A stretch of 64,000 nt of DNA from Dendrobates tinctorius (Eukaryota), in contig NW_027361752.1 of NCBI RefSeq assembly GCF_039654945.1, forward strand, positions 44,578,001 to 44,642,000, read 5' to 3'. The notes beneath the pieces are model-generated. The model made no database searches. It saw only the letters and a list, made by a program, of their open reading frames with translations, and had not been told where the DNA came from. Positions 12,501 through 23,792 of the stretch are shown here, piece by piece (positions within the stretch are counted from its first letter, which is position 1; the number at the start of each line of letters is the position of its first letter). The translations under genes and the position numbers were made by a program.

Positions 12501-14554
12501 CACCCCCTGTCCGTCGGGAATGGGCAGCCAGGAAAATAAAAAATCCATACTCACCCATCCCCGATCCGTTACCTGGGACTGAAGAACTCCTGCATCTCAT
12601 CCAACCGACAGGCGAGTGGGAGGGAGACTGGCGACAAGGACCCCTGGAGTCGCTGGCACGTCTTGGTGTCGGCGTCCGTCTGGCTGGTCCTGCCGCGGAG
12701 AACTGCAAGGATACGGGGTGGCAGTACACGCCGTACTCGCAGACTCCATGTGGGAGTACAGATGTGACTTTTCACTCTGTATCCCTCCGTAGAACCTGTA
12801 AAGGAACGACGCACGACGAGGTAGATATGGGTCTAATGAAAGACCCGTGTCCACCTCCTACTGACACTAAGCTAAACTGAGGAATTCCCTGCCGGTCGGT
12901 GGGGTGTACACTGCGGAGGAGGAGCTAACCTTTTTTGTGCATAGTGTCAGCCTCCTAGTGGCAGCAGCATACACCCATGGTCTCTGTGTCCCCCAATAAG
13001 GCGAACGAGAAAAACGCTAGTGTGAAAGTAGCCCAATAAATACAAGACGACCTCCATAAGTCGCACGGGAAATAACTACATCTCGTTCCGCAGTTACCTG
13101 AGGTTTTGTAGTTGCCGCAGGTTCACAGTGAAGACTTTCCTCCCAAATCACATCCTCAGCTGAAAGATGCTGAAAGACAGAAGTCATAGGTCAGATTTTA
13201 TAAGACGGAGATCTCCGTAGAAGTGTCCCCCGTCCTGCCCGGAACACACAGGAAGTGGAGGTATAGTGAATTGTTTCCTCAACTGCCCGGTATGAATGGA
13301 GCACTACTGAGCATGTGCGACCGCTGCTCCATAGAGGTGGTGGTCGCACGCGCTCACTACTGCTCTACTGTCAGGATTAGTAGAAGTCTCAGAAGCTGAA
13401 CAACGTACAATAATCCAACATTTATCACGCATCTTGTGGATAGAGGAAATATATTGGGCAGAGAACAATACCGTCATAAAAAACAGCCCCCCCCCCCCCA
13501 TCAAGCTCAAAGATAGGTAGTCAATATGCCAGTGTTGTACAACCCCTTTAAGTGTTCTTGGGCACCAATATTAAGACTAATAAAGGTGTCATACCCCCCC
13601 CCCCCCTTTTTCCCCCCTGTGAAGGACTCGCCCGCGTTGACATCTCATTGCCCGCATCAAATACTATGAAAAACGACGGCCGTTCCTGCGATATTAACAC
13701 TTGCGTACAGCTTGTTGCCTTGGAGACCGACCACCGCTGCCAGACAGGAAAACATGATTAGCGCTTACAAGGTTGTTTTTTTGTGTTGAGCTTGTAAGCG
13801 GGGTTCTGAAGCAGACCAGGATCGCTGTTACCTCCTTAAGCTCCACCGGCTTGAGCACAGTGCTAACAGACAGCAGCGGTAGTCGGTCTCCTAGGAAACA
13901 CAAAATAAAAAATAAAAAAAAAGTGACAGTAATATCTCAAAAATGTCTACAAATTGTAACTAGCAGTAAGCTGCAAAAGTGTAATATCTGACAACATCCA
14001 TCTGCACAGGTGGGAACAAGGCTTTTATAATGTGGAGCAAGATTGCTTGCGGACCTGAGAGAGAACTGCGTGGTGCAGCCACATGATCACCCATAAGCCA
14101 ATAGCAGTGAAGGATCGTGACGTGGCGGTTTCTGATTGGTTCCCTTCTAACCCTGCTCTTTTGAAATGTTATTGGCCCCGCAGTGCGCATATTAGTCCGC
14201 CGCCGCTAGAGGGCGCTCCTCCTCCGCGCTCACCTGCAGGTTCTCCTGCTCCTTTGCCGGCAGGGCCCAGCTCTCCTGCGGGCAGCACTCCGCCGCACTC
14301 TCCGCTCTTTTCTTTGCCGCTACCGTGTTTTCTAAACTAGCGAACGGGTTCCTGCGCTTCAGTGGCCCGCTCCCGCTTCTTTGGGGCCCCGGAGAGAACG
14401 GCCGGACTCCTGGAACCCGCTTAGTCACCTCCCCAGGAGAAAACAGGCCTGTCCTGACTGCAGCCTCACCGCGGCTCCGGCGCCGGCTCAGCCGCAGGAT
14501 CTCCGAGGGTTTCTTGAAGCTTGGGGAGTAGCCGGGTAACTTCTCGGAGGACAT
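3444..14554 (-). CDS. DONSON: DONSON (downstream neighbor of SON), replisome/CMG assembly factor; 9 coding exons, 1716 nt, 571 aa
   Basis: Exons 14554-14234, 13169-13098, 6537-6337, 5863-5685, 5514-5336, 5093-4874, 4631-4433, 4072-3866, 3581-3444 join in frame with GT-AG borders. Kozak GCCGCCATG. Recognised motifs [76 protein letters not shown]. Confidence 0.96.
3866..4072 (-). CDS. DONSON: DONSON coding exon 8
   Basis: VRTVNVKTQ...[11 protein letters not shown]...PQNCK|gtgagt; 207 nt. Confidence 0.94.
4433..4631 (-). CDS. DONSON: DONSON coding exon 7
   Basis: [21 protein letters not shown]...[10 protein letters not shown]|gtgagg; 199 nt. Confidence 0.94.
4632..4873 (-). other. DONSON: U12-type GT-AG intron of DONSON
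   Basis: 5' GTATCCTTC; branch point TACCTTAAC close to the AG; no polypyrimidine tract. Confidence 0.88.
4874..5093 (-). CDS. DONSON: DONSON coding exon 6
   Basis: IDFSLPL...[29 protein letters not shown](L)|gtatcctt (U12-type donor); 220 nt. Confidence 0.93.
5336..5514 (-). CDS. DONSON: DONSON coding exon 5
   Basis: [26 protein letters not shown]...REAMKNE(G)|gtaaat; 179 nt. Confidence 0.95.
5685..5863 (-). CDS. DONSON: DONSON coding exon 4
   Basis: [22 protein letters not shown]...VLMSE(W)|gtaagt; 179 nt. Confidence 0.95.
6337..6537 (-). CDS. DONSON: DONSON coding exon 3
   Basis: cccatag|TPEKP...[33 protein letters not shown]...HSIA|gtaatg; 201 nt. Confidence 0.93.
6875..7035 (+). mobile_element. 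LINE (L2-like) 3' tail fragment
   Basis: ...TGTAGAGCACCATGGAATGGCACTATATAAATAAATAGTAATAA resembles L2-type 3' ends. Confidence 0.5.
7547..8570 (-). pseudogene. DIRS tyrosine recombinase, disrupted
   Basis: TSVRRVSEL and AHSTR motifs; frameshifts near 7872 and 7750; the catalytic-Tyr region reads TFVKCCRV. Confidence 0.87.
8569..10304 (-). pseudogene. DIRS reverse transcriptase / RNase H / methyltransferase-like ORF
   Basis: [11 protein letters not shown] (other frame; shift at the A-run ~10172-10190), [52 protein letters not shown]...YLFPP. Confidence 0.9.
10409..11823 (-). pseudogene. DIRS gag-like ORF1, frameshifted
   Basis: [47 protein letters not shown], typical of vertebrate DIRS1 ORF1. 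Confidence 0.8.
13098..13169 (-). CDS. DONSON: DONSON coding exon 2
   Basis: tctttcag|[24 protein letters not shown]|gtaact; 72 nt, phase 0-0. Confidence 0.82.
14234..14554 (-). CDS. DONSON: DONSON coding exon 1
   Basis: [22 protein letters not shown]...ENLQ; donor CAG|GTGAG; see finding on the 59-nt candidate exon. Confidence 0.9.
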
Positions 14555-14559
14555 GGCGG

Positions 14560-14670
14560 CCGCTCTGAGGATCTGCGCACCGGCTGGCAGCTGCACATTC
14601 CGAATCTGGCGCGCTTTCCCTGGTGACGTCAGTCAAGAACGCCCCGCCAATACTGCCAGTCACCACCAGA
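14560..14670 (-). promoter_or_regulatory. DONSON CpG-island promoter
   Basis: CRE TGACGTCA (14624-14631), E2F-like TCTGGCGCGC, GC box/CCAAT (GCCCCGCCAAT) just upstream of the ATG. Confidence 0.6.
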
Positions 14671-15784
14671 GGTCACTGCTTCTCCTTTATAAATAATGGT
14701 GCATTACATACAACCACCAGCAGATGTCGCTCGCTACATGATCACAATTCAATTTATATAACCTGATATTTGTTGAAAGTGTTAAAGGGGTCGTCCACCT
14801 TTGGAGAATAATATTACTTTTTGTTGTTATTGCCTGTATTTTTTTTGGCTAAATATCACTTTTTTTTGTAATGGGTTTCAATAAAAATGTTGCACCATTT
14901 GCCTTTTGTTGCACTGTCCACTGCTGGAATGAGTTAAATGGGAATCCATCAGTGAGCTCATTTTGGTGAACTGACAAAGGAGTTTGTAACTCTTTAACCT
15001 GTCTTTTTTCTGAGCTCCTCTCAGCTGATTTATGACTACAGACGATATCAGAATTGAATGTTCAGGAAAATAAAGAGTCTGTAATAACCAAATGGTAAAA
15101 TATGGTTTAATAAATTATTAAAACTTTTAACCCCAAATACATGCATTTAAGCTACAAAAAAAACAGCACCTTTAAATGTAAATGCTTTTTCCCCATTTAT
15201 TTGCAGGAAAGGAATATTCTCATAAAAAGAACCATTTTTAAGAAAAAAAAAAAAAAACATTCTGACATCACTACACGTACACACAAATGTCACATCACCA
15301 TACTGGTTTATTATTTAATTCCTTTATATACAGTATACACAAATACCACCGTATACTGTACATATAAATAATACCACCATATATTTGAATTAAAAAAAAA
15401 AAAAAGAAAAACTGTGGAATTGCACTTTTTTTTGCAAATTCACCTCACTTGTAATTTTTTTTAACCTTTTTCTAGTGCATCACATGATAAAAATCAATGG
15501 TGTCATTGAAAAGTACAACTCGTCCCACAGGTAACAAGCCCTCATACGGCCATATTGACGGAAAAATAAAAAAAGCTATGGTTCTAGGAAGAAGGGGAGC
15601 AAAAAACGAAATCTGAAAGCAGCCCGGGGATAGCAGCGCATACTTGGACCTACTGGGCACCTCATGGTGATTTTGCGTGCTCGCTGTATTGCCACCAGCT
15701 AACATCATAGCTGACACCCGGCTCTAGCTGCCCGGCAGTTTAACCCCTAGATGCTGTATACAGTATATGTATACAGTTTTGTAT

Positions 15785-16745
15785 ATGGCCTCACTTGCCT
15801 CCGTTAAGGTCAGTGTTCATGACTCCATCTTATGTAAGAGACTGGACAAAAATAGTCTGCATAGCACAGCTCCAAGACAAGAATCATTGCTGAGCAATAA
15901 GATCATAAAGACTCGTCTCAGTTTTGACAGAAAACATCTTGATGATCCCCAAGAGTTTTGGGAGAATACTCTGTGGACTGACAAGACAAAAGTTGAACTT
16001 TTTGGAAGGTGTATGTCCCATTACATCTGGTGTAGAAATAACACCGCATTTCAGAAAAGGAACATCATACCAACAGTAAAATATGGTGGTGGTAGTGTGA
16101 AGGTCTGATGTTATTTTGCTGCTTCAGCACCTGGAAGACTTGCTCTGGTAAATGGAACTATGAATTCTGCTGTCTACCTAAAAATCCTGAAGGAGAATGT
16201 CCGGCCATCTGTTCTTGACCTCAAGATGAAGAACACTTGGTTTATGCAGCAGGACAATGATCCAAACACACCAGAAAGTTCACCTCTGAATGGCTTAAGA
16301 AAAACAAAATTAAGATTTTGGAGTGGCCTAGTCAAAGTCCTGATCTTAATCCAGTTGAGACGCTGTAATGACCTTAAAAAAGCGATTCTTGCACGGAAAG
16401 CCTCCAATGTGGCTGAATTACAACAATTCTGTGAAGATGATTGGCCAAAATTCCTCCAGAGCGTTGTAACAGACTCATTGCCAGTTTTGTAAACGCTTGA
16501 GTACAGTTGTTGCTGCTAAGGGCGGCCCAACCAGTTATTAGGTTTAGGAGGCAATCACTTTCACACAGGGCCCTGTAGGTTTGGACTTCTTTTTCCCTTA
16601 ATAATATAGACCTTCATTTATAAACTGCATTTTGTGATTACTTGTGTTGTCTTTGTCTAATATGTAAATTTGTTTGGTGATCTGAAACATTAAAGTATGA
16701 CAAACATGCAAAAAAAATAGGAAATTAGGAACGGGGCAAACAGCT
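15785..16745 (+). mobile_element. 5'-truncated degenerate Tc1
   Basis: [37 protein letters not shown] with stops and frameshifts. Confidence 0.88.
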
Positions 16746-16957
16746 TTTCTCGCTCCTCAATAGGCCCCCCAAAGTCATTTCAAATGTAATGTGGTGCCTA
16801 AAAAAATGGTTTTGAAAATGTTGTTGCAAAAATTAGAAATCACTGATCAGCTTTTAACCCTTCTAAATTCCTAACAAAAAATATTATGTTTCCAAAATTG
16901 TGCTGCTGTAAAGTAGACATGTGGGAAATAATTTACTAACTGTTTTGTGTGACATAA

Positions 16958-18283
16958 TGTTAGGAACGGCGGAACGCACTAAATAAAGAAATGATGAAGT
17001 GCGTTGGCCGCTCGGGATCCACCGTGCAGAAGGTGTTAACACTGCTGCTAAAGAATGGCAGACGCGCTATGTGGCGGTATATTGCACGCGGTTTAGACAT
17101 CACCCGGTGTGCGCTGAGCGTACTCTGTTAGGTTCACAGAGACGCCTAAAACAATAACATAAATGTGGAGCCTGTTGGACTCACAGGTCTCATAGAAGTG
17201 CACGCACGGTATATGGTCACAGGAGCTGGGCCCTAGGTGCGTGCGGCGTCGCAACTGCGGACGCCAAGAGGAGCTGCAGCGCGGCGAGAGACACGGCCGC
17301 TAATCGCCAATGCCCGGTTGCAGGCGCACTGTCGGACGCTAGCACTGTGGAGGATGCTAACGTGGCTTGCAGCTTGCCACTGGCTGGTGCTGACTCTAAA
17401 GCTAAGTCCCTATACACACTCATAATATCAGAGGGAGGGGAATCTTAATGAGTCAATCACAGGTTCATGCATCCATCATCATTCACACAGTAGCAACTAG
17501 AGACTATACTAGCGCATGACCAAGCGGTCATGCGGACCTTTTATAGCCGTGCGCTTCCGGGACCTTCCAGATCTCTGAGATGGACCAATGAGATCAGGAG
17601 AAGGACCTGAGCATGTGACTCCCGACCTCCAATGGGAGATCGTCTCGTGAGCATGCCCAGTAGCGCGATGAGAGGACTTAGCCTCTGGAGCGTTTTGCTG
17701 CAAAGCAGCCTGCATTGCTGACCCAAAGGTGGCAGCAACAGCCAGACCCACAGAACAGGTCTGGGCAGAGTGTCTGGGACGCTGAGACTGCTGAGCAATC
17801 TCCTCTGCGGTCAATAGACAATGAGAAACCGCAGAATGTGAAGCTCTGGATTCGCGCTGAGCTGCTGCAGGAACCCGACGCCTAAAGGTGCTGTCACACT
17901 TAGCGATGCACCAGCAATATGACGCGGTCAGGATTGCTGGTACATCGCTAAGTGGTCGCTAGTGAGCTGTCACACAGGCAGATCTCACCAGCGACATCGC
18001 AGGGGTCTGGGATCGCTACTTACCTGTCAGACACGGCGATCCTGCGTCCTCCCACCCGCGTCCACGCGTCGCTCGGCGCCACAGCAGGCAGCCCAGCAGG
18101 AAGCTGACGACGAGAAACAGTCCAGGACATTCTCGCGCGATCAGCGATAACCAGCGGGGGAGCGGTCGGAGGTAAGTATCACACATAGCGATGTCGCTAG
18201 CAATATCACTATAACGTCACAAAAACCAGTGATGTTATAGCGATATTGCTAGCGATATCGCTTAGTGTGACAGGCCCTTAACA
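16958..18283 (-). mobile_element. Solo LTR with a MITE inserted in its end
   Basis: TGTTAGG...CCTAA[MITE]CA; 5-bp TSD CATAA (16953-16957 / 18284-18288); TATAAAAG on the minus strand at ~17540. Confidence 0.8.
17886..18278. mobile_element. Harbinger-type MITE
   Basis: TAA|AGGTGCTGTCACAC...GTGTGACAGGCCCT|TAA. Confidence 0.8.
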
Positions 18284-20800
18284 CATAACTCTCTGGTTTA
18301 AAGGTGTAAGAATTGAAAGTTTGAAAATTGTGAAATTTTCACCAAATTCCCCATATTTTCACAAATAAACACCATACATATCGAACAAGTTTTACCACTA
18401 TCATGAAGTACAATATGTCATGAGAAAACATTCTTAGAATCAGCGGGATCCGTTGAAGCGCTCCAGAGTTATTACCACATAAAGTGACAGTGGTCAGAAT
18501 TGTAAAATTTGGTCTGGTCATGAGGGTGAAAACAAGCTTGGGGGTTAAAGGGCTTAAACTAGTAGCATGGTATGGAGACTCGAGTGTCAATAGGTGCTCT
18601 CATCCGCTGGCCTGGCTGTCTTAGCCATCCCACCCATCTCTTATAACTGCTCACAAAAAAAACAACCCTTTCATGGCCGATTAACCCCTCTGAGCACATA
18701 ACATGCTGGAGAGAAACTTCTGGGTTTTCACATCACAGAAGATATCAATCTTCGAGATCCATATCTCCCCTCAACTACATTGCCAGTGCCCTGTCACATA
18801 TCCTCCCCCTCTGCCCAAGGTTGGGGGTTTTGGCACCTTCAGACACCAGACAGGGAATTCTGGAGAAAGCACGGCGTTACCGTGCAACGTCCTGTGTCTA
18901 TGTTCTACGTGGAATCTAATGTCCTGGAGGCATAGACCACCTAGTCACCGGACCATTCTTACCCTTCTTTTCTCTTAATCACCTCAGAGCTTAAACCTAC
19001 GACCAAGTAGGTAATATGTCAGCGTAGCAACGGCCCATTTGCTGGCTAAGCACTCTTTCTCGACAATGGCATAATTTTTCACTCAGGATGAGAGCTTTCA
19101 ACTCAGATACAGGATGGGATGTTCTTCACGATTTTATCTCTTGAGACAGTAAGACTCCCAACCCGACTTCTGAAGTGTCCATCTGGACCAAAGATTATTT
19201 ACTGAAGTCCGGTCGACCAGGAGCAGCTGCTAACATATGGCCAGCTTCAGGCCTTGAAATGCCATCTCTGTTTGGTGCCTTTAAGGAGATCTGTCAGTGG
19301 GACAGAAATCATGGCAAAATTTTGGAAAAATCACTGGTAATATCCCACAATACCAAGAAACGCTCTCACCTGTTTCTTGGAAAGTGGCTGCAGCCACTTC
19401 TGGATTGCCTCAAGCTTGTTTACTTGTGGCTTGATTTCGCCTCTCCCGACAATGTAGCCTAAGAACTCATCCTCTTCCTTTCCCAATGGCACACGTTTTT
19501 GGATTCATGATAAACCCCACCGTCCTCAGAGCATCCAGAATCGCCTGTACTTTTGGTAGATGACTACCCCAGTCTAGGCTGAAGATCACTATATAATTGA
19601 GGTAAACTGCGGCATACTTCTTAAAGGGAGCTAAAAATCTGATCCATGGCCATCTGGAAGGTGGCTGGCGCACCCTGTAGTCCGAAAGGCATTCTGGTAT
19701 ATTCTCCTTGGCACTCTGGGACATGGGATTTGCCAGTAGCCCTTCTTCAGGTCAAGGGGTGGCAATGTACCTTACAGATTCAATCCTGTCAATAAGTTCA
19801 TCAACACGAGGCATTGGGTACACATCAAATTTGGACACTTCATTCAGACTGTGTCTGGCTTTGGAAGGAGGACAATGGGACTCGACCACCAGCTTTTGGA
19901 CTCCTCTATCTCGCCGAGGTCTAGCATTCTTTTCACCTCTTTTGAGGTTACCTCACAGCATGTTTTGGGAAGGCTACATGGCTTAAGAGTCACCCTTATA
20001 TGTGGCTCTGTGAGAACGTCATGCTCCACCACCTGGGTACACCCCAGCAACGCCGAGAATAGGTCACAGTTCCGCTGAAGCAGTTCTTGAGACTGTTACT
20101 TCTGGCCTGGCGATAGAGTCTCTGCAATCATGACATTCTCCACTTTTGCTTCAGGACGATTTCCCAGACAAGGGGCTTCCAGGGATTCCGTTCTCACCAC
20201 GGTTTTAGCAAGTTCACGTGGTATACTTGGTGAGGTTTCCTTCTTCCTGGCTGGTGGACCTTGTAATTAACCCTGCCTAGTTTTTCGACCACCTCGTATG
20301 TACCTTGCCACTTTGCCAGGAACTTGCTTTCGACTGTGGGGATAAGCACCAGTACACGGTCCACAGACTGGAACTGCACTTATCAGTTATATACCCTTGC
20401 CTGTTCATTGAGGAGATGTGTCTTCATGATTGGCATCACTTTTGCCATTCTCTCCTGCATCTGGCCGACTTGCTCTATGATGCTCTAGTGGCATGTGACC
20501 TTGGCTTCCCAGGTTTCCTTGGCAATATCCAGGAGCCCTCGCAGATGTCGCCCATACAGGAGCTCAAACTGAGAGAAACCAGTGGAGGCTTGAGGAACTT
20601 CCCTGACAGAGAAGAGCAGGAAAGGAAGCAGATAGTCCCAGTCTCAACCATCCTTCTCAATGGCCTTCTTGGGCACAGCCTTTAACGTTTTATTGAAGCG
20701 CCCACTAGGCCGTCCATCTGGGATGGTAGATGGAGGTTCGCAGCTGGGCATTCCTACCAGCTCCTTCATTACCTTGCTCATTAAGGGAGTCCCTTGGTCC

Positions 20801-23792
20801 CAGGGGCGTATCTAGGGGGGGGCAGCCGGGGCAGTTGCCCCGGGCGCAGCCGGCAGGGGGCGCAGTCCGGGCCGCCTAATGCAGCGGTCTGCAGTGTCCT
20901 CCCTGGCGGCTGCGTTCTGCCGCCCCCCCCCGGCCTGAGAGTCAGCGGTTCTCTGTGTCAGCTGTCAAGCTGACAGCTGGCGCAGAGAAGGTGCGCGTGC
21001 CGGCTCCCAGGGAACAATTGTACTGGCATCTGTATAGACGCCAGTACAATTGCAGCTCTGACCGCCGGGCCAGAGCGACGTCAGCAGCGTGACATGTCAT
21101 GTGATCACGCTGCTGACGTCACTCCCCGGCGCCCAGAGCGAACGCTCAGCGCTGGTGGTAAGTGTACTCTAATGTGGAGCTGAAGAAACCACCGAAGATG
21201 GGAGATGGGGTGGTGTTAATGTGTGGGGATGGGGGTTAATGAGTGGGGGGGGATTAATGAGTGGGGATGGGGTTAATGTGTAGTGGGGTTAATGAGTGGG
21301 GATGGGGTTAAAGAGTGGGGATGGGGTTAATGTGTAGTGGGGTTAATGAGTGGGGATGGGGGTTAATGTGTGGGGGGGTTAAAGAGTGGGGATGGGGGTT
21401 AATGTGTGTGGGGGGTTAAAGAGTGGGGATGGGGTTAATGTGTAGTGGGGTTAATGAGTGGGGGTGGGGTTAATGTGTAGTGGGGTTAATGAGTGGGGAT
21501 GGGGGTTAAAGAGTGGGGATGGGGGTTAATGTGTGGGGGGGTTAAAGAGTGGGAAAGGGGTTAATGTGTAGTGGGGTTAATGAGTGGGGGTGGGGTTAAT
21601 GTGTAGTGGGGTTAATGAGTGGGGATGGGGGTTAATGTGTGGGGGGGGTTAAAGAGTGGGGATGGGGGTTAATGTGTGGGGGTTAAAGAGGTTAAAGAGT
21701 GGGGATGGGTTAATGTGTAGTGGGGTTAATGAGTGGGGATGGGGTTAATGAGTGGGGGGGTTAAACAGTGGGGATGGGGTTAATGTGTAGTGGGGTTAAT
21801 GAGTGGGGATGGGGGTTAATGTGTGGGGGTTAAAGAGTGGGGATGGGGGTTAATGTGTGGGGGGGTTAAAGAGTGGGGATGGGTTAATGTGTAGTGGGGT
21901 TAATGAGTGGGGATGGGGTTAATGAGTGGGGGGTTAAAGAGTGGGGATGGGGTTAATGTGTAGTGGGGTTAATGAGTGGGGATGGGGGTTAATGTGTGGG
22001 GGGTTAATGAGTGGGGATGGGGTTAATGTGTGGGGGGTTAATGTGTGGGGATGGGGGTTAATGAGTGGGGGGTTAATGAGTGGGGATGGGGTTAATGTGT
22101 AGTGGGGTTAATGAGTGGGGATGGGGGGTTACTGTGTGGGGGTTAAAGAGTGGGGATGGGGGTTAATGAGTGGGGATGGGGTTAATGTGTGGGGGGTTAA
22201 TGAGTGGGGATGGGGGTTAATGTGTGGGGGGGTTAATGAGTGGGGATGGGGGTTAATGTGTGGGGGGTTAATGAGTGGGGATGGGGGTTAATGTGTGGCG
22301 GGTTATTGAGTGGGGGGGTTAATGAGTGGGCATGGGGTTAATGAGTGGAGATGGGGGTTAATGAGTGGGGATGGGGGTTAATGAGTGGGGATGGAATTAA
22401 TGTGTGGAGGGTTAATGAGTGGTGATGGAATTAATGTGTGGGGGTTAATGAGTGGGGATGGGGGTTAATGTGTGGGGGGATTTGGAGTGGGGGTACATAA
22501 TGTGTGGGGGGGATTTGGGAGTGGGGATGGGGGTTATTAAATGTGTGGGGGATTTGGAGTGGGGATGGGGTTAATGTGTGGGGGATTTGGAGTGGGGGGT
22601 TCATAATGTGTGGGGGGATTTGGGAGTGGGGATGGGGTTATTTAATGTGTGGGGGATTTGGAGTGGGGATGGGGGTTATTTAATGTGTGTGAGGGATTTG
22701 GAGTGTGGATGGGGGGGATTTAATGTGTGTGAGGGATTTGGAGTGGGGATGGGGGGATTTAATGTGTGTGGGGAGATTTGAGAACACAGAGTATGTATGA
22801 GGAAACAGTATGGGGGTTGGGTGCAGACAGTATGGGGAGCGAAAGGGTTAATGTGGACCCAGTATGGGGAGTCGGGGGTATGTGTGAGCAGACAGTATAG
22901 AGAGTGAGGGGTAAATATATGATGAGACAGTATGGTGAACAGAGGGATGTTAGAGGAGGGAGGGGAATAGTGTGAGGCGACAGTATATTGCAGATATTTG
23001 TATTTAGGGGCATTATAATGACACTTCTATCTTTAAGGGCATCGTGTGGAGAGTTGCTGCAGAAGACCGGAGAAGATGGAAGTCTGCAGAGGCCGCTGTG
23101 GATGAGAAAACTCATCATGGGGTCTGGACAAGAAGAAGAAAAAGAGAACGACTGCAGAGACGTCATCTATAAGGTACTTGGATGTAAATGTTATTTGTGC
23201 TACTGACTTATTCTCATGTTTTTATTTGTTAGGAACATTAAAGGGGTTGTTCAGGTTTGTGCTGAGTCTGCAGACATTCTATGTGACTGCAGACTTCTGA
23301 ATTCTCACAGTGCTCATTGAACGCTGTCAGGATTCTCTTGTGCCGGTAATTTACATACATGCGGTCACATGCTGACTAGACAGGTGTGGCCTCACTCAAT
23401 GAAAATGAACAGAGCGAGGCCGGGCACGTCTAGTCGGAATGTGGCCAGAAGTATATAAATCACATACTTGTGCTGACATGACTGTACATCGGCAAGGGAG
23501 AATCCTAAAAGTGTGCTGTGCATTCGTTGTGAGAATTAAGAAGCTGCAATGTCAGGATTCAGCTCTGCAGGTTCCAGTAGTCATCACATGGACACTTCAC
23601 TCATATGCGATTTTCATACTTGACAACGAGCTTCTCTTCCTGCTTTTAGTTTTTTACTGAACATTGAGAGCATTAGGGAGAGCAGCTCGTGGGTACATGG
23701 CTAAGTGTGCAAGTCACATATGTACTTGGTGTGGGGGGGGGCGCCGAACCAGATTCTTGCCCTGGGTGCCAGGAAGCCTAGATACGCCTCTG
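20801..23792. mobile_element. Non-autonomous hAT element
   Basis: TIRs CAGGGGCGTATCTAGG / CCTAGATACGCCTCTG; perfect 8-bp TSD CTTGGTCC. Confidence 0.9.
21200..22780 (+). repeat. G-rich minisatellite (GGGGTTAATGAGTGGGGAT and variants)
   Basis: About 1.6 kb of short irregular units; almost no C on the plus strand. Confidence 0.95.

Larger units (their letters stand above)
7121..13013 (-). mobile_element. Full-length DIRS1-type tyrosine-recombinase retrotransposon in DONSON intron 2
   Basis: 123-bp identical inverted repeats (7172-7294 / 12875-12997); internal complementary region 7406-7506; overlapping gag, RT-RNaseH-MT and YR frames; no TSD. Confidence 0.96.
6577..13033. mobile_element. Harbinger-type MITE split by nested insertions (arms 6577-7120 and 13014-13033)
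   Basis: Termini TAA|GGCCGGTTTCACACT ... AGTGTGAAAGTAGCC|CAA. Confidence 0.65.
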
